Shown one piece after another: positions 1-11,199 of a DNA stretch of 64,000 nucleotides. The notes below the pieces were generated by a model, which worked only from the letters and a program-made list of their open reading frames with translations, did no database searches and was not told the DNA's origin. The position numbers and the translations under genes were made by a program. The number at the start of each line of letters is the position of its first letter. Positions within the stretch are counted from its first letter, which is position 1. The DNA comes from the human T2T-CHM13v2.0 reference genome, Homo sapiens. The stretch lies in the NCBI RefSeq assembly GCF_009914755.1, contig NC_060925.1; one strand, 5' to 3'.

Positions 1-5
1 GTGTA

Positions 6-24
6 TTCAACTCACAGAGTTGAA
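6..24. other. Short dyad symmetry TTCAACTC-ACA-GAGTTGAA (representative; present in most dimers)
   Basis: 6-13 is the exact reverse complement of 17-24, with a 3-nt loop. It extends to 9 bp in C dimers (686-706) and is broken in E dimers (actGacag). Confidence 0.85.
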
Positions 25-100
25 CGATCCTTTACACAGAGCAGACTTGAAACACTCTTTTTGTGGAATTTGCAAGTGGAGATTTCAGCCGCTTTGAGGT

Positions 101-117
101 CAATGGTAGAAAAGGAA
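101..117 (+). promoter_or_regulatory. pJalpha-like (A-box) motif of the monomer lacking a CENP-B box (representative)
   Basis: CAATGGTAGAAAAGGAA sits at the position homologous to the CENP-B box in alternate monomers; the match to the A-box consensus is imperfect. Confidence 0.7.
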
Positions 118-272
118 ACTATCTTCATATAAAGACTAGACAGAATGATTCTCAGAAAATCTTTTCTGATGTGTGCGTTCAACTCACAGAGTTTAACTTT
201 TCTTCTCATAGAGCAGTTAGGAAACACTCTGTTTGTAAAGTCTGCAAGTGTATATTCAGACCTCTTTGAGGC

Positions 273-289
273 CTTCGTTGGAAACGGGA
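273..289 (+). promoter_or_regulatory. CENP-B box (first of 188 box positions at ~340-bp spacing; last begins at 63855)
   Basis: CTTCGTTGGAAACGGGA at 273-289 matches the established YTTCGTTGGAARCGGGA consensus. E dimers end in ...CGGGT, a non-essential position. Confidence 0.97.
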
Positions 290-2019
290 TTTCTTCATAT
301 TATGCTAGGCAGAATAATTCTCAGTAACTTCCTTGTGTTGTGTGTATTCAACTCACAGAGTTGAAGGATCCTTTACAGAGAGCTGGCTTGAAACACTCTT
401 TTTGTCGAATTTGCAAGTGGAGATTTCAGCCGCTTTGAGGTCAATGGTAGAATAGGAAATATCTTCTTATAGAAACTAGACAAAATGATTCTCATGAACT
501 CCTTTGTGATGTGTGCGTTCAACTCACAGAGTTTAACCTTTCTTTTCATAGAGCAGTTAGGAAACACTCTGTTTGTAAAGTCTGCAAGTGGATATTCAGA
601 CCTCCTTGAGGCCTTCGTTGGAAACGGGATTTCTTCATATTCTGCTAGACAGAAGAATTCTCATTAACTTCCTTGTGTTGTGTTTATTCAACTCACAGAG
701 TTGAATGATCCTTTACACAGAGCAGACTTGAAACACTCTTTTTGTGGAATTTGCAAGTGGAGATTTCAGCCGCTTTGAGGTCAATGGTAGAAAAGTAAAT
801 ATCTTCGTATAAAGACTAGACAGAATGATTCTCAGAAACTCCTTTGTGATGTGTGCGTTCAACTCACAGAGTTTAACCTTACTGTTCATAGAGCAGTTAG
901 GAAACACTCTGTTTGTAAAGTCTGCAAGTGGATATTCAGACCTCCTTGAGGCCTTCGTTGGAAACGGGATTTCTTCATATTCTGCTAGACAGAAGAATTC
1001 TCAGTAACTTCCTTGTGTTGTGTGTATTCAACTCACAGAGTTGAACGATCCTTTACACAGAGCAGACTTGAAACACTCTTTTTGTGGAATTTGCAAGTGG
1101 AGATTTCAGCCGCTTTGAGGTCAATAGTAGAAAAGGAAATATCTTCGTAGAAAAACTAGACAGAATGATTCTCAGAAACTCCTTTGTGATGTGTGCGTTC
1201 AACTCACAGAGTTTAACCTTTCTTTTCATAGAGCAGTTAGTAAACACTCTGTTTATAAAGTCTGCAAGTGGATATTCAGACCCCTTTGAGGCCTTCGTTG
1301 GAAACGGGATTTCTTCATATTATGCTAGACAGAAGAATTCTCAGTAACTTCCTTGTGTTGTGTGTATTCAACTGACAGAGTTGAACTTTCATTTAGAGAG
1401 AGCAGATTTGAAACACTGTTTTTGTGGAATTTGCAAGTGGAGATTTCAAGCGCTTTGGGGCCAAAGGCAGAAAAGGAAATATCTTCGTATAAAAACTAGA
1501 CAGAATCATTCTCAGAAACTGCTGCGTGATGTGTGCGTTCAACTCTCAGAGTTTAACTTTTCTTTTCATTCAGCGGTTTGGAAACACTCTGTTTGTAAAG
1601 TCTGCACGTGGATATTTTGACCACTTAGAGGCCTTCGTTGGAAACGGGTTTTTTTCATGTAAGGCTAGACAGAAGAATTCCCAGTAACTTCCTTGTGTTG
1701 TGTGCATTCAACTCACAGAGTTGAACGTTCCCTTAGACAGAGCAGATTTGAAACACTCTATTTGTGCAATTTGCAAGTGTAGATTTCAAGCGCTTTAAGG
1801 TCAACGGCAGAAAAGGAAATATCTTCGTTTCAAAACTAGACAGAATCATTCCCACAAACTGCGTTGTGATGTGTTCGTTCAACTCACAGAGTTTAACCTT
1901 TCTGTTCATAGAGCAGTTAGGAAACACTCTGTTTGTAAAGTCTGTAAGTGGATATTCTGATATCTTGTGGCCTTCGTTGGAAACGGGATTTCTTCATATT
2001 CTGCTAGACAGAAGAATTC

Positions 2020-4059
2020 TCAGTAACTTCCTTGTGTTGTGTGTATTCAACTCACAGAGTTGAACGATCCTTTACACAGAGCAGACTTGAAACACTCTTT
2101 TTGTGGAATTTGCAAGTGGAGATTTCAGCCGCTTTGAGGTCAATGGTAGAAAAGGAAACTATCTTCATATAAAGACTAGACAGAATGATTCTCAGAAAAT
2201 CTTTTGTGATGTGTGCGTTCAACTCACAGAGTTTAACTTTTCTTCTCATAGAGCAGTTAGGAAACACTCTGTTTGTAAAGTCTGCAAGTGGATATTCAGA
2301 CCTCTTTGAGGCCTTCGTTGGAAACGGGATTTCTTCATATTATGCTAGACAGAATAATTCTCAGTAACTTCCTTGTGTTGTGTGTAGTCAACTCACAGAG
2401 TTGAAGGATCCTTTACAGAGAGCAGGCTTGAAACACTCTTTTTGTCGAATTTGCAAGTGGAGATTTCAGCCGCTTTGAGGTCAATGGTAGAATAGGAAAT
2501 ATCTTCTTATAGAAACTAGACAAAATGATTCTCATGAACTCCTTTGTGATGTGTGCGTTCAACTCACAGAGTTTAACCTTTCTTTTCATAGAGCAGTTAG
2601 GAAACACTCTGTTTGTAAAGTCTGCAAGTGGATATTCAGACCTCCTTGAGGCCTTCGTTGGAAACGGGATTTCTTCATATTCTGCTAGACAGAAGAATTC
2701 TCATTAACTTCCTTGTGTTGTGTTTATTCAACTCACAGAGTTGAATGATCCTTTACACAGAGCAGACTTGAAACACTCTTTTTGTGGAATTTGCAAGTGG
2801 AGATTTCAGCCGCTTTGAGGTCAATGGTAGAAAAGTAAATATCTTCGAATAAAGACTAGACAGAATGATTCTCAGAAACTCCTTTGTGATGTGTGCGTTC
2901 AACTCACAGAGTTTAACCTTTCTGTTCATAGAGCAGTTAGGAAACACTCTGTTTGTAAAGTCTGCAAGTGGATATTCAGACCTCCTTGAGGCCTTCGTTG
3001 GAAACGGGATTTCTTCATATTCTGCTAGACAGAAGAATTCTCAGTAACTTCCTTGTGTTGTGTGTATTCAACTCACAGAGTTGAACGATCCTTTACACAG
3101 AGCAGACTTGAAACACTCTTTTTGTGGAATTTGCAAGTGGAGATTTCAGCCGCTTTGAGGTCAATAGTAGAAAAGGAAATATCTTCGTAGAAAAACTAGA
3201 CAGAATGATTCTCAGAAACTCCTTTGTGAAGTGTGCGTTCAACTCACAGAGTTTAACCTTTCTTTTCATAGAGCAGTTAGTAAACACTCTGTTTATAAAG
3301 TCTGCAAGTGGATATTCAGACCCCTTTGAGGCCTTCGTTGGAAACGGGATTTCTTCATATTATGCTAGACAGAAGAATTCTCAGTAACTTCCTTGTGTTG
3401 TGTGTATTCAACTGACAGAGTTGAACTTTCATTTAGAGAGAGCAGATTTGAAACACTGTTTTTGTGGAATTTGCAAGTGGAGATTTCAAGCGCTTTGGGG
3501 CCAAAGGCAGAAAAGGAAATATCTTCGTATAAAAACTAGACAGAATCATTCTCAGAAACTGCTGCGTGATGTGTGCGTTCAACTCTCAGAGTTTAACTTT
3601 TCTTTTCATTCAGCGGTTTGGAAACACTCTGTTTGTAAAGTCTGCACGTGGATATTTTGACCACTTAGAGGCCTTCGTTGGAAACGGGTTTTTTTCATGT
3701 AAGGCTAGACAGAAGAATTCCCAGTAACTTCCTTGTGTTGTGCGCATTCAACTCACAGAGTTGAACGTTCCCTTAGACAGAGCAGATTTGAAACACTCTA
3801 TTTGTGCAATTTGCAAGTGTAGATTTCAAGCGCTTTAAGGTCAACGGCAGAAAAGGAAATATCTTCGTTTCAAAACTAGACAGAATCATTCCCACAAACT
3901 GCGTTGTGATGTGTTCGTTCAACTCACAGAGTTTAACCTTTCTGTTCATAGAGCAGTTAGGAAACACTCTGTTTGTAAAGTCTGTAAGTGGATATTCTGA
4001 CATCTTGTGGCCTTCGTTGGAAACGGGATTTCTTCATATTCTGCTAGACAGAAGAATTC
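2020..4059 (+). repeat. Representative 12-mer HOR unit (2040 bp): dimers A 2020-2360, B 2361-2700, C 2701-3040, D 3041-3380, E 3381-3720, F 3721-4059
   Basis: Diagnostic bases: A aaaggaaaCtatc (+1 bp), gaataattc; B gaaggatcc, tgtcgaa; C gtttattc, gaatgat, aaaagtaa; D caatagtag, gtttataa, gacccct; E gaactttcatt, cagcggtttgg, cacgtg; F gtgcaattt, cccacaaactgcg, catcttgtgg (-1 bp). The ORF track repeats at +2040 (12/2052, 1360/3400). Confidence 0.93.
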
Positions 4060-7000
4060 TCAGTAACTTCCTTGTGTTGTGTGTATTCAACTCACAGAGT
4101 TGAACGATCCTTTACACAGAGCAGACTTGAAACACTCTTTTTGTGGAATTTGCAAGTGGAGATTTCAGCCGCTTTGAGGTCAATGGTAGAAAAGTAAATA
4201 TCTTCGTATAAAGACTAGACAGAATGATTCTCAGAAACTCCTTTGTGATGTGTGCGTTCAACTCACAGAGTTTAACCTTTCTGTTCATAGAGCAGTTAGG
4301 AAACACTCTGTTTGTAATGTCTGCAAGTGGATATTCAGACCTCCTTGAGGCCTTCGTTGGAAACGGGATTTCTTCATATTCTGCTAGACAGAAGAATTCT
4401 CAGTAACTTCCTTGTGTTGTGTGTATTCAACTCACAGAGTTGAACGATCCTTTACACAGAGCAGACTTGAAACACTCTTTTTGTGGAATTTGCAAGTGGA
4501 GATTTCAGCCGCTTTGAGGTCAATGGTAGAAAAGGAAACTATCTTCATATAAAGACTAGACTGAATGATTCTCAGAAAATCTTTTGTGATGTGTGCGTTC
4601 AACTCACAGAGTTTAACTTTTCTTCTCATAGAGCAGTTAGGAAACACTCTGTTTGTAAAGTCTGCAAGTGGATATTCAGACCTCTTTGAGGCCTTCGTTG
4701 GAAACGGGATTTCTTCATATTATGCTAGACAGAATAATTCTCAGTAACTTCCTTGTGTTGTGTGTATTCAACTGACAGAGTTGAAGGATCCTTTACAGAG
4801 AGCAGGCTTGAAACACTCTTTTTGTCGAATTTGCAAGTGGAGATTTCAGCCGCTTTGAGGTCAATGGTAGAATAGGAAATATCTTCTTATAGAAACTAGA
4901 CAAAATGATTCTCATGAACTCCTTTGTGATGTGTGCGTTCAACTCACAGAGTTTAACCTTTCTTTTCATAGAGCAGTTAGGAAACACTCTGTTTGTAAAG
5001 TCTGCAAGTGGATATTCAGACCTCCTTGAGGCCTTCGTTGGAAACGGGATTTCTTCATATTCTGCTAGACAGAAGAATTCTCAGTAACTTCCTTGTGTTG
5101 TGTTTATTCAACTCACAGAGTTGAATGATCCTTTACACAGAGCAGACTTGAAACACTCTTTTTGTGGAATTTGCAAGTGGAGATTTCAGCCGCTTTGAGG
5201 TCAATGGTAGAAAAGTAAATATCTTCGTATAAAGACTAGACAGAATGATTCTCAGAAACTCCTTTGTGATGTGTGCGTTCAACTCACAGAGTTTAACCTT
5301 TCTGTTCATAGAGCAGTTAGGAAACACTCTGTTTGTAAAGTCTGCAAGTGGATATTCAGACCTCCTTGAGGCCTTCGTTGGAAACGGGATTTCTTGCTAT
5401 TCTGCTAGACAGAAGAATTCTAAGTAACTTCCTTGTGTTGTGTGTATTCAACTCACAGAGTTGAACGATCCTTTACACAGAGCAGACTTGAAACACTCTT
5501 TTTGTGGAATTTGCAAGTGGAGATTTCAGCCGCTTTGAGGTCAATAGTAGAAAAGGAAATATCTTCGTAGAAAAACTAGACAGAATGATTCTCAGAAACT
5601 CCTTTGTGAAGTGTGCGTTCAACTCACAGAGTTTAACCTTTCTTTTCATAGAGCAGTTAGTAAACACTCTGTTTATAAAGTCTGCAAGTGGATATTCAGA
5701 CCCCTTTGAGGCCTTCGTTGGAAACGGGATTTCTTCATATTATGCTAGACAGAAGAATTCTCAGTAACTTCCTTGTGTTGTGTGTATTCAACTGACAGAG
5801 TTGAACTTTCATTTGGAGAGAGCAGATTTGAAACACTGTTTTTGTGGAATTTGCAAGTGGAGATTTCAAGCGCTTTGGGGCCAAAGGCAGAAAAGGAAAT
5901 ATCTTCGTATAAAAACTAGACAGAATCATTCTCAGAAACTGCTGCGTGATGTGTGCGTTCAACTCTCAGAGTTTAACCTTTCTTTTCATTCAGCGGTTTG
6001 GAAACACTCTGTTTGTAAAGTCTGCACGTGGATATTTTGACCACTTAGAGGCCTTCGTTGGAAACGGGTTTTTTTCATGTAAGGCTAGACAGAAGAATTC
6101 CCAGTAACTTCCTTGTGTTGTGTGCATTCAACTCACAGAGTTGAACGTTCCCTTAGACAGAGCAGATTTGAAACACTCTATTTGTGCAATTTGCAAGTGT
6201 AGTTTTCAAGCTCTTTAAGGTCAACGGCAGAAAAGGAAATATCTTGGTTTCAAAACTAGACAGAATCATTCCCACAAACTGCGTTGTGATGTGTTCGTTC
6301 AACTCACAGAGTTTAACCTTTCTGTTCATAGAGCAGTTAGGAAACACTCTGTTTGTAAAGTCTGTAAGTGGATATTCTGACATCTTGTGGCCTTCGTTGG
6401 AAACGGGATTTCTTCATATTCTGCTAGACAGAAGAATTCTCAGTAACTTCCTTGTGTTGTGTGTATTCAACTCACAGAGTTGAACGATCCTTTACACAGA
6501 GCAGACTTGAAACACTCTTTTTGTGGAATTTGCAAGTGGAGATTTCAGCCGCTTTGAGGTCAATGGTAGAAAAGGAAACTATCTTCATATAAAGACTAGA
6601 CAGAATGATTCTCAGAAAATCTTTTGTGATGTGTGCGTTCAACTCACAGAGTTTAACTTTTCTTCTCATAGAGCAGTTAGGAAACACTCTGTTTGTAAAG
6701 TCTGCAAGTGGATATTCAGACCTCTTTGAGGCCTTCGTTGGAAACGGGATTTCTTCATATTCTGCTAGACAGAAGAATTCTCAGTAACTTCCTTGTGTTG
6801 TGTGTATTCAACTCACAGAGTTGAAGGATCCTTTACAGAGAGCAGGCTTGAAACACTCTTTTTGTCGAATTTGCAAGTGGAGATTTCAGCCGCTTTGAGG
6901 TCAATGGTAGAATAGGAAATATCTTCTTATAGAAACTAGACAGAATGATTCTCATAAACTCCTTTGTGATGTGTGTGTTCAACTCACAGAGTTTAACCTT

Positions 7001-10000
7001 TCTTTTCATAGAGCAGTTAGGAAACACTCTGTTTGTAAAGTCTGCAAGTGGATATTCAGACCTCCTTGAGGCCTTCGTTGGAAACGGGATTTCTTCATAT
7101 TCTGCTAGACAGAAGAATTCTCAGTAACTTCCTTGTGTTGTGTTTATTCAACTCACAGAGTTGAATGATCCTTTACACAGAGCAGACTTGAAACACTCTT
7201 TTTGTGGAATTTGCAAGTGGAGATTTCAGCCGCTTTGAGGTCAATGGTAGAAAAGTAAATATCTTCGTATAAAGACTAGACAGAATGATTCTCAGAAACT
7301 CCTTTGTGATGTGTGCGTTCAACTCACAGAGTTTAACCTTTCTGTTCATAGAGCAGTTAGGAAACACTCTGTTTGTAAAGTCTGCAAGTGGATATTCAGA
7401 CCTCCTTGAGGCCTTCGTTGGAAACGGGATTTCTTCATATTCTGCTAGACAGAAGAATTCTCAGTAACTTCCTTGTGTTGTGTGTATTCAACTCACAGAG
7501 TTGAACGATCCTTTACACAGAGCAGACTTGAAACACTCTTTTTGTGGAATTTGCAAGAGGAGATTTCAGCCGCTTTGAGGTCAATAGTAGAAAAGGAAAC
7601 ATCTTCGTAGAAAAACTAGACAGAATGATTCTCAGAAACTCCTTTGTGATGTGTGTGTTCAACTCACAGAGTTTAACCTTTCTTTTCATAGAGCAGTTAG
7701 TAAACACTCTGTTTATAAAGTCTGCAAGTGGATATTCAGACCCCTTTGAGGCCTTCGTTGGAAACGGGATTTCTTCATATTATGCTAGACAGAAGAATTC
7801 TCAGTAACTTCCTTGTGTTGTGTGTATTCAACTGACAGAGTTGAACTTTCATTTGGAGAGAGCAGATTTGAAACACTGTTTTTGTGGAATTTGCAAGTGG
7901 AGATTTCAAGCGCTTTGGGGCCAAAGGCAGAAAAGGAAATATCTTCGTATAAAAACTAGACAGAATCATTCTCAGAAACTGCTGCGTGATGTGTGCGTTC
8001 AACTCTCAGAGTTTAACTTTTCTTTTCATTCAGCGGTTTGGAAACACTCTGTTTGTAAAGTCTGCACGTGGATATTTTGACCACTTAGAGGCCTTCGTTG
8101 GAAACGGGTTTTTTTCATGTAAGGCTAGACAGAAGAATTCCCAGTAACTTCCTTGTGTTGTGTGCATTCAACTCACAGAGTTGAACGTTCCCTTAGACAG
8201 AGGAGATTTGAAACACTCTATTTGTGCAATTTGCAAGTGTAGTTTTGAAGCTCTTTAAGGTCAACGGCAGAAAAGGAAATATCTTCGTTTCAAAACTAGA
8301 CAGAATCATTCCCACAAACTGCGTTGTGATGTGTTCGTTCAACTCACAGAGTTTAACCTTTCTGTTCATAGAGCAGTTAGGAAACACTCTGTTTGTAAAG
8401 TCTGTAAGTGGATATTCTGACATCTTGTGGCCTTCGTTGGAAACGGGATTTCTTCATATTCTGCTAGACAGAAGAATTCTCAGTAACTTACTTGTGTTGT
8501 GTGTATTCAACTCACAGAGTTGAACGATCCTTTACACAGAGCAGACTTGAAACACTCTTTTTGTGGAATTTGCAAGTGGAGATTTCAGCCGCTTTGAGGT
8601 CAATGGTAGAAAAGGAAACTATCTTCATATAAAGACTAGACAGAATGATTCTCAGAAAATCTTTTGTGATGTGTGCGTTCAACTCACAGAGTTTAACTTT
8701 TCTTCTCATAGAGCAGTTAGGAAACACTCTGTTTGTAAAGTCTGCAAGTGGATATTCAGACCTCTTTGAGGCCTTCGTTGGAAACGGGATTTCTTCATAT
8801 TCTGCTAGACAGAAGAATTCTCAGTAACTTCCTTGTGTTGTGTGTATTCAACTCACAGAGTTGAAGGATCCTTTACAGAGAGCAGGCTTGAAACACTCTT
8901 TTTGTCGAATTTGCAAGTGGAGATTTCAGCCGCTTTGAGGTCAATGGTAGAATAGGAAATATCTTCTTATAGAAACTAGACAGAATGATTCTCATAAACT
9001 CCTTTGGATGTGTGCGTTCAACTCACAGAGTTTAACCTTTCTTTTCATAGAGCAGTTAGGAAACACTCTGTTTGAAAAGTCTGCAAGTGGATATTCAGAC
9101 CTCCTTGAGGCCTTCGTTGGAAACGGGATTTCTTCATATTCTGCTAGACAGAAGAATTCTCAGTAACTTCCTTGTGTTGTGTTTATTCAACTCACAGAGT
9201 TGAATGATCCTTTACACAGAGCAGACTTGAAACACTCTTTTTGTGGAATTTGCAAGTGGAGATTTCAGCCGCTTTGAGGTCAATGGTAGAAAAGTAAATA
9301 TCTTCGTATAAAGACTAGACAGAATGATTCTCAGAAACTCCTTTGTGATGTGTGCGTTCAACTCACAGAGTTTAACCTTTCTGTTCATAGAGCAGTTAGG
9401 AAACACTCTGTTTGTAAAGTCTGCAAGTGGATATTCAGACCTCCTTGAGGCCTTCGTTGGAAACGGGATTTCTTCATATTCTGCTAGACAGAAGAATTCT
9501 CAGTAACTTCCTTGTGTTGTGTGTATTCAACTCACAGAGTTGAACGATCCTTTACACAGAGCAGACTTGAAACACTCTTTTTGTGGAATTTGCAAGAGGA
9601 GATTTCAGCCGCTTTGAGGTCAATAGTAGAAAAGGAAATATCTTCGTAGAAAAACTAGACAGAATGATTCTCAGAAACTCCTTTGTGATGTGTGTGTTCA
9701 ACTCACAGAGTTTAACCTTTCTTTTCATAGAGCAGTTAGTAAACACTCTGTTTATAAAGTCTGCAAGTGGATATTCAGACCCCTTTGAGGCCTTCGTTGG
9801 AAACGGGATTTCTTCATATTATGCTAGACAGAAGAATTCTCAGTAACTTCCTTGTGTTGTGTGTATTCAACTGACAGAGTTGAACTTTCATTTAGAGAGA
9901 GCAGATTTGAAACACTGTTTTTATGGAATTTGCAAGTGGAGATTTCAAGTGCTTTGAGGCCAAAGGCAGAAAAGGAAATATCTTCGTATAAAAACTAGAC

Positions 10001-11199
10001 AGAATCATTCTCAGAAACTGCTGCGTGATGTGTGCGTTCAACTCTCAGAGTTTAACTTTTCTTTTCATTCAGCGGTTTGGAAACACTCTGTTTGTAAAGT
10101 CTGCACGTGGATATTTTGACCACTTAGAGGCCTTCGTTGGAAACGGGTTTTTTTCATGTAAGGCTAGACAGAAGAATTCCCAGTAACTTCCTTGTGTTGT
10201 GTGCATTCAACTCACAGAGTTGAACGTTCCCTTAGACAGAGCAGATTTGAAACACTCTATTTGTGCAATTTGCAAGTGTAGATTTCAAGCGCTTTAAGGT
10301 CAACGGCAGAAAAGGAAATATCTTCGTTTCAAAACTAGACAGAATCATTCCCACAAACTGCGTTGTGATGTGTTCGTTCAACTCACAGAGTTTAACCTTT
10401 CTGTTCATAGAGCAGTTAGGAAACACTCTGTTTGTAAAGTCTGTAAGTGGATATTCTGACATCTTGTGGCCTTCGTTGGAAACGGGATTTCTTCATATTC
10501 TGCTAGACAGAAGAATTCTCAGTAACTTCCTTGTGTTGTGTGTATTCAACTCACAGAGTTGAACGATCCTTTACACAGAGCAGACTTGAAACACTCTTTT
10601 TGTGGAATTTGCAAGTGGAGATTTCAGCCGCTTTGAGGTCAATGGTAGAAAAGGAAACTATCTTCATATAAAGACTAGACAGAATGATTCTCAGAAAATC
10701 TTTTGTGATGTGTGCGTTCAACTCACAGAGTTTAACTTTTCTTCTCATAGAGCAGTTAGGAAACACTCTGTTTGTAAAGTCTGCAAGTGGATATTCAGAC
10801 CTCTTTGAGGCCTTCGTTGGAAACGGGATTTCTTCATATTATGCTAGACAGAATAATTCTCAGTAACTTCCTTGTGTTGTGTGTATTCAACTCACAGAGT
10901 TGAAGGATCCTTTACAGAGAGCAGGCTTGAAACACTCTTTTTGTCGAATTTGCAAGTGGAGATTTCAGCCGCTTTGAGGTCAATGGTAGAATAGGAAATA
11001 TCTTCTTATAGAAACTAGACAGAATGATTCTCATGAACTCCTTTGTGATGTGTGCGTTCAACTCACAGAGTTTAACCTTTCTTTTCATAGAGCAGTTAGG
11101 AAACACTCTGTTTGTAAAGTCTGCAAGTGGATATTCAGACCTCCTTGAGGCCTTCGTTGGAAACGGGATTTCATCATATTCTGCTAGACAGAAGAATTC

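Noticed and set aside
1605-1610. E-box CACGTG once per unit in E dimers, and BamHI/EcoRI site periodicity
   Set aside because: These are single-base variants of the consensus (CAAGTG). They are useful as markers, but the sequence gives no evidence of regulatory function.
1360-1620. Cys/His-rich 86-aa ORF (HCFCGIC...VCKVC) resembling a zinc-binding peptide
   Set aside because: The cysteine richness comes from TGTG-rich satellite sequence; there is no zinc-finger spacing and no gene context.
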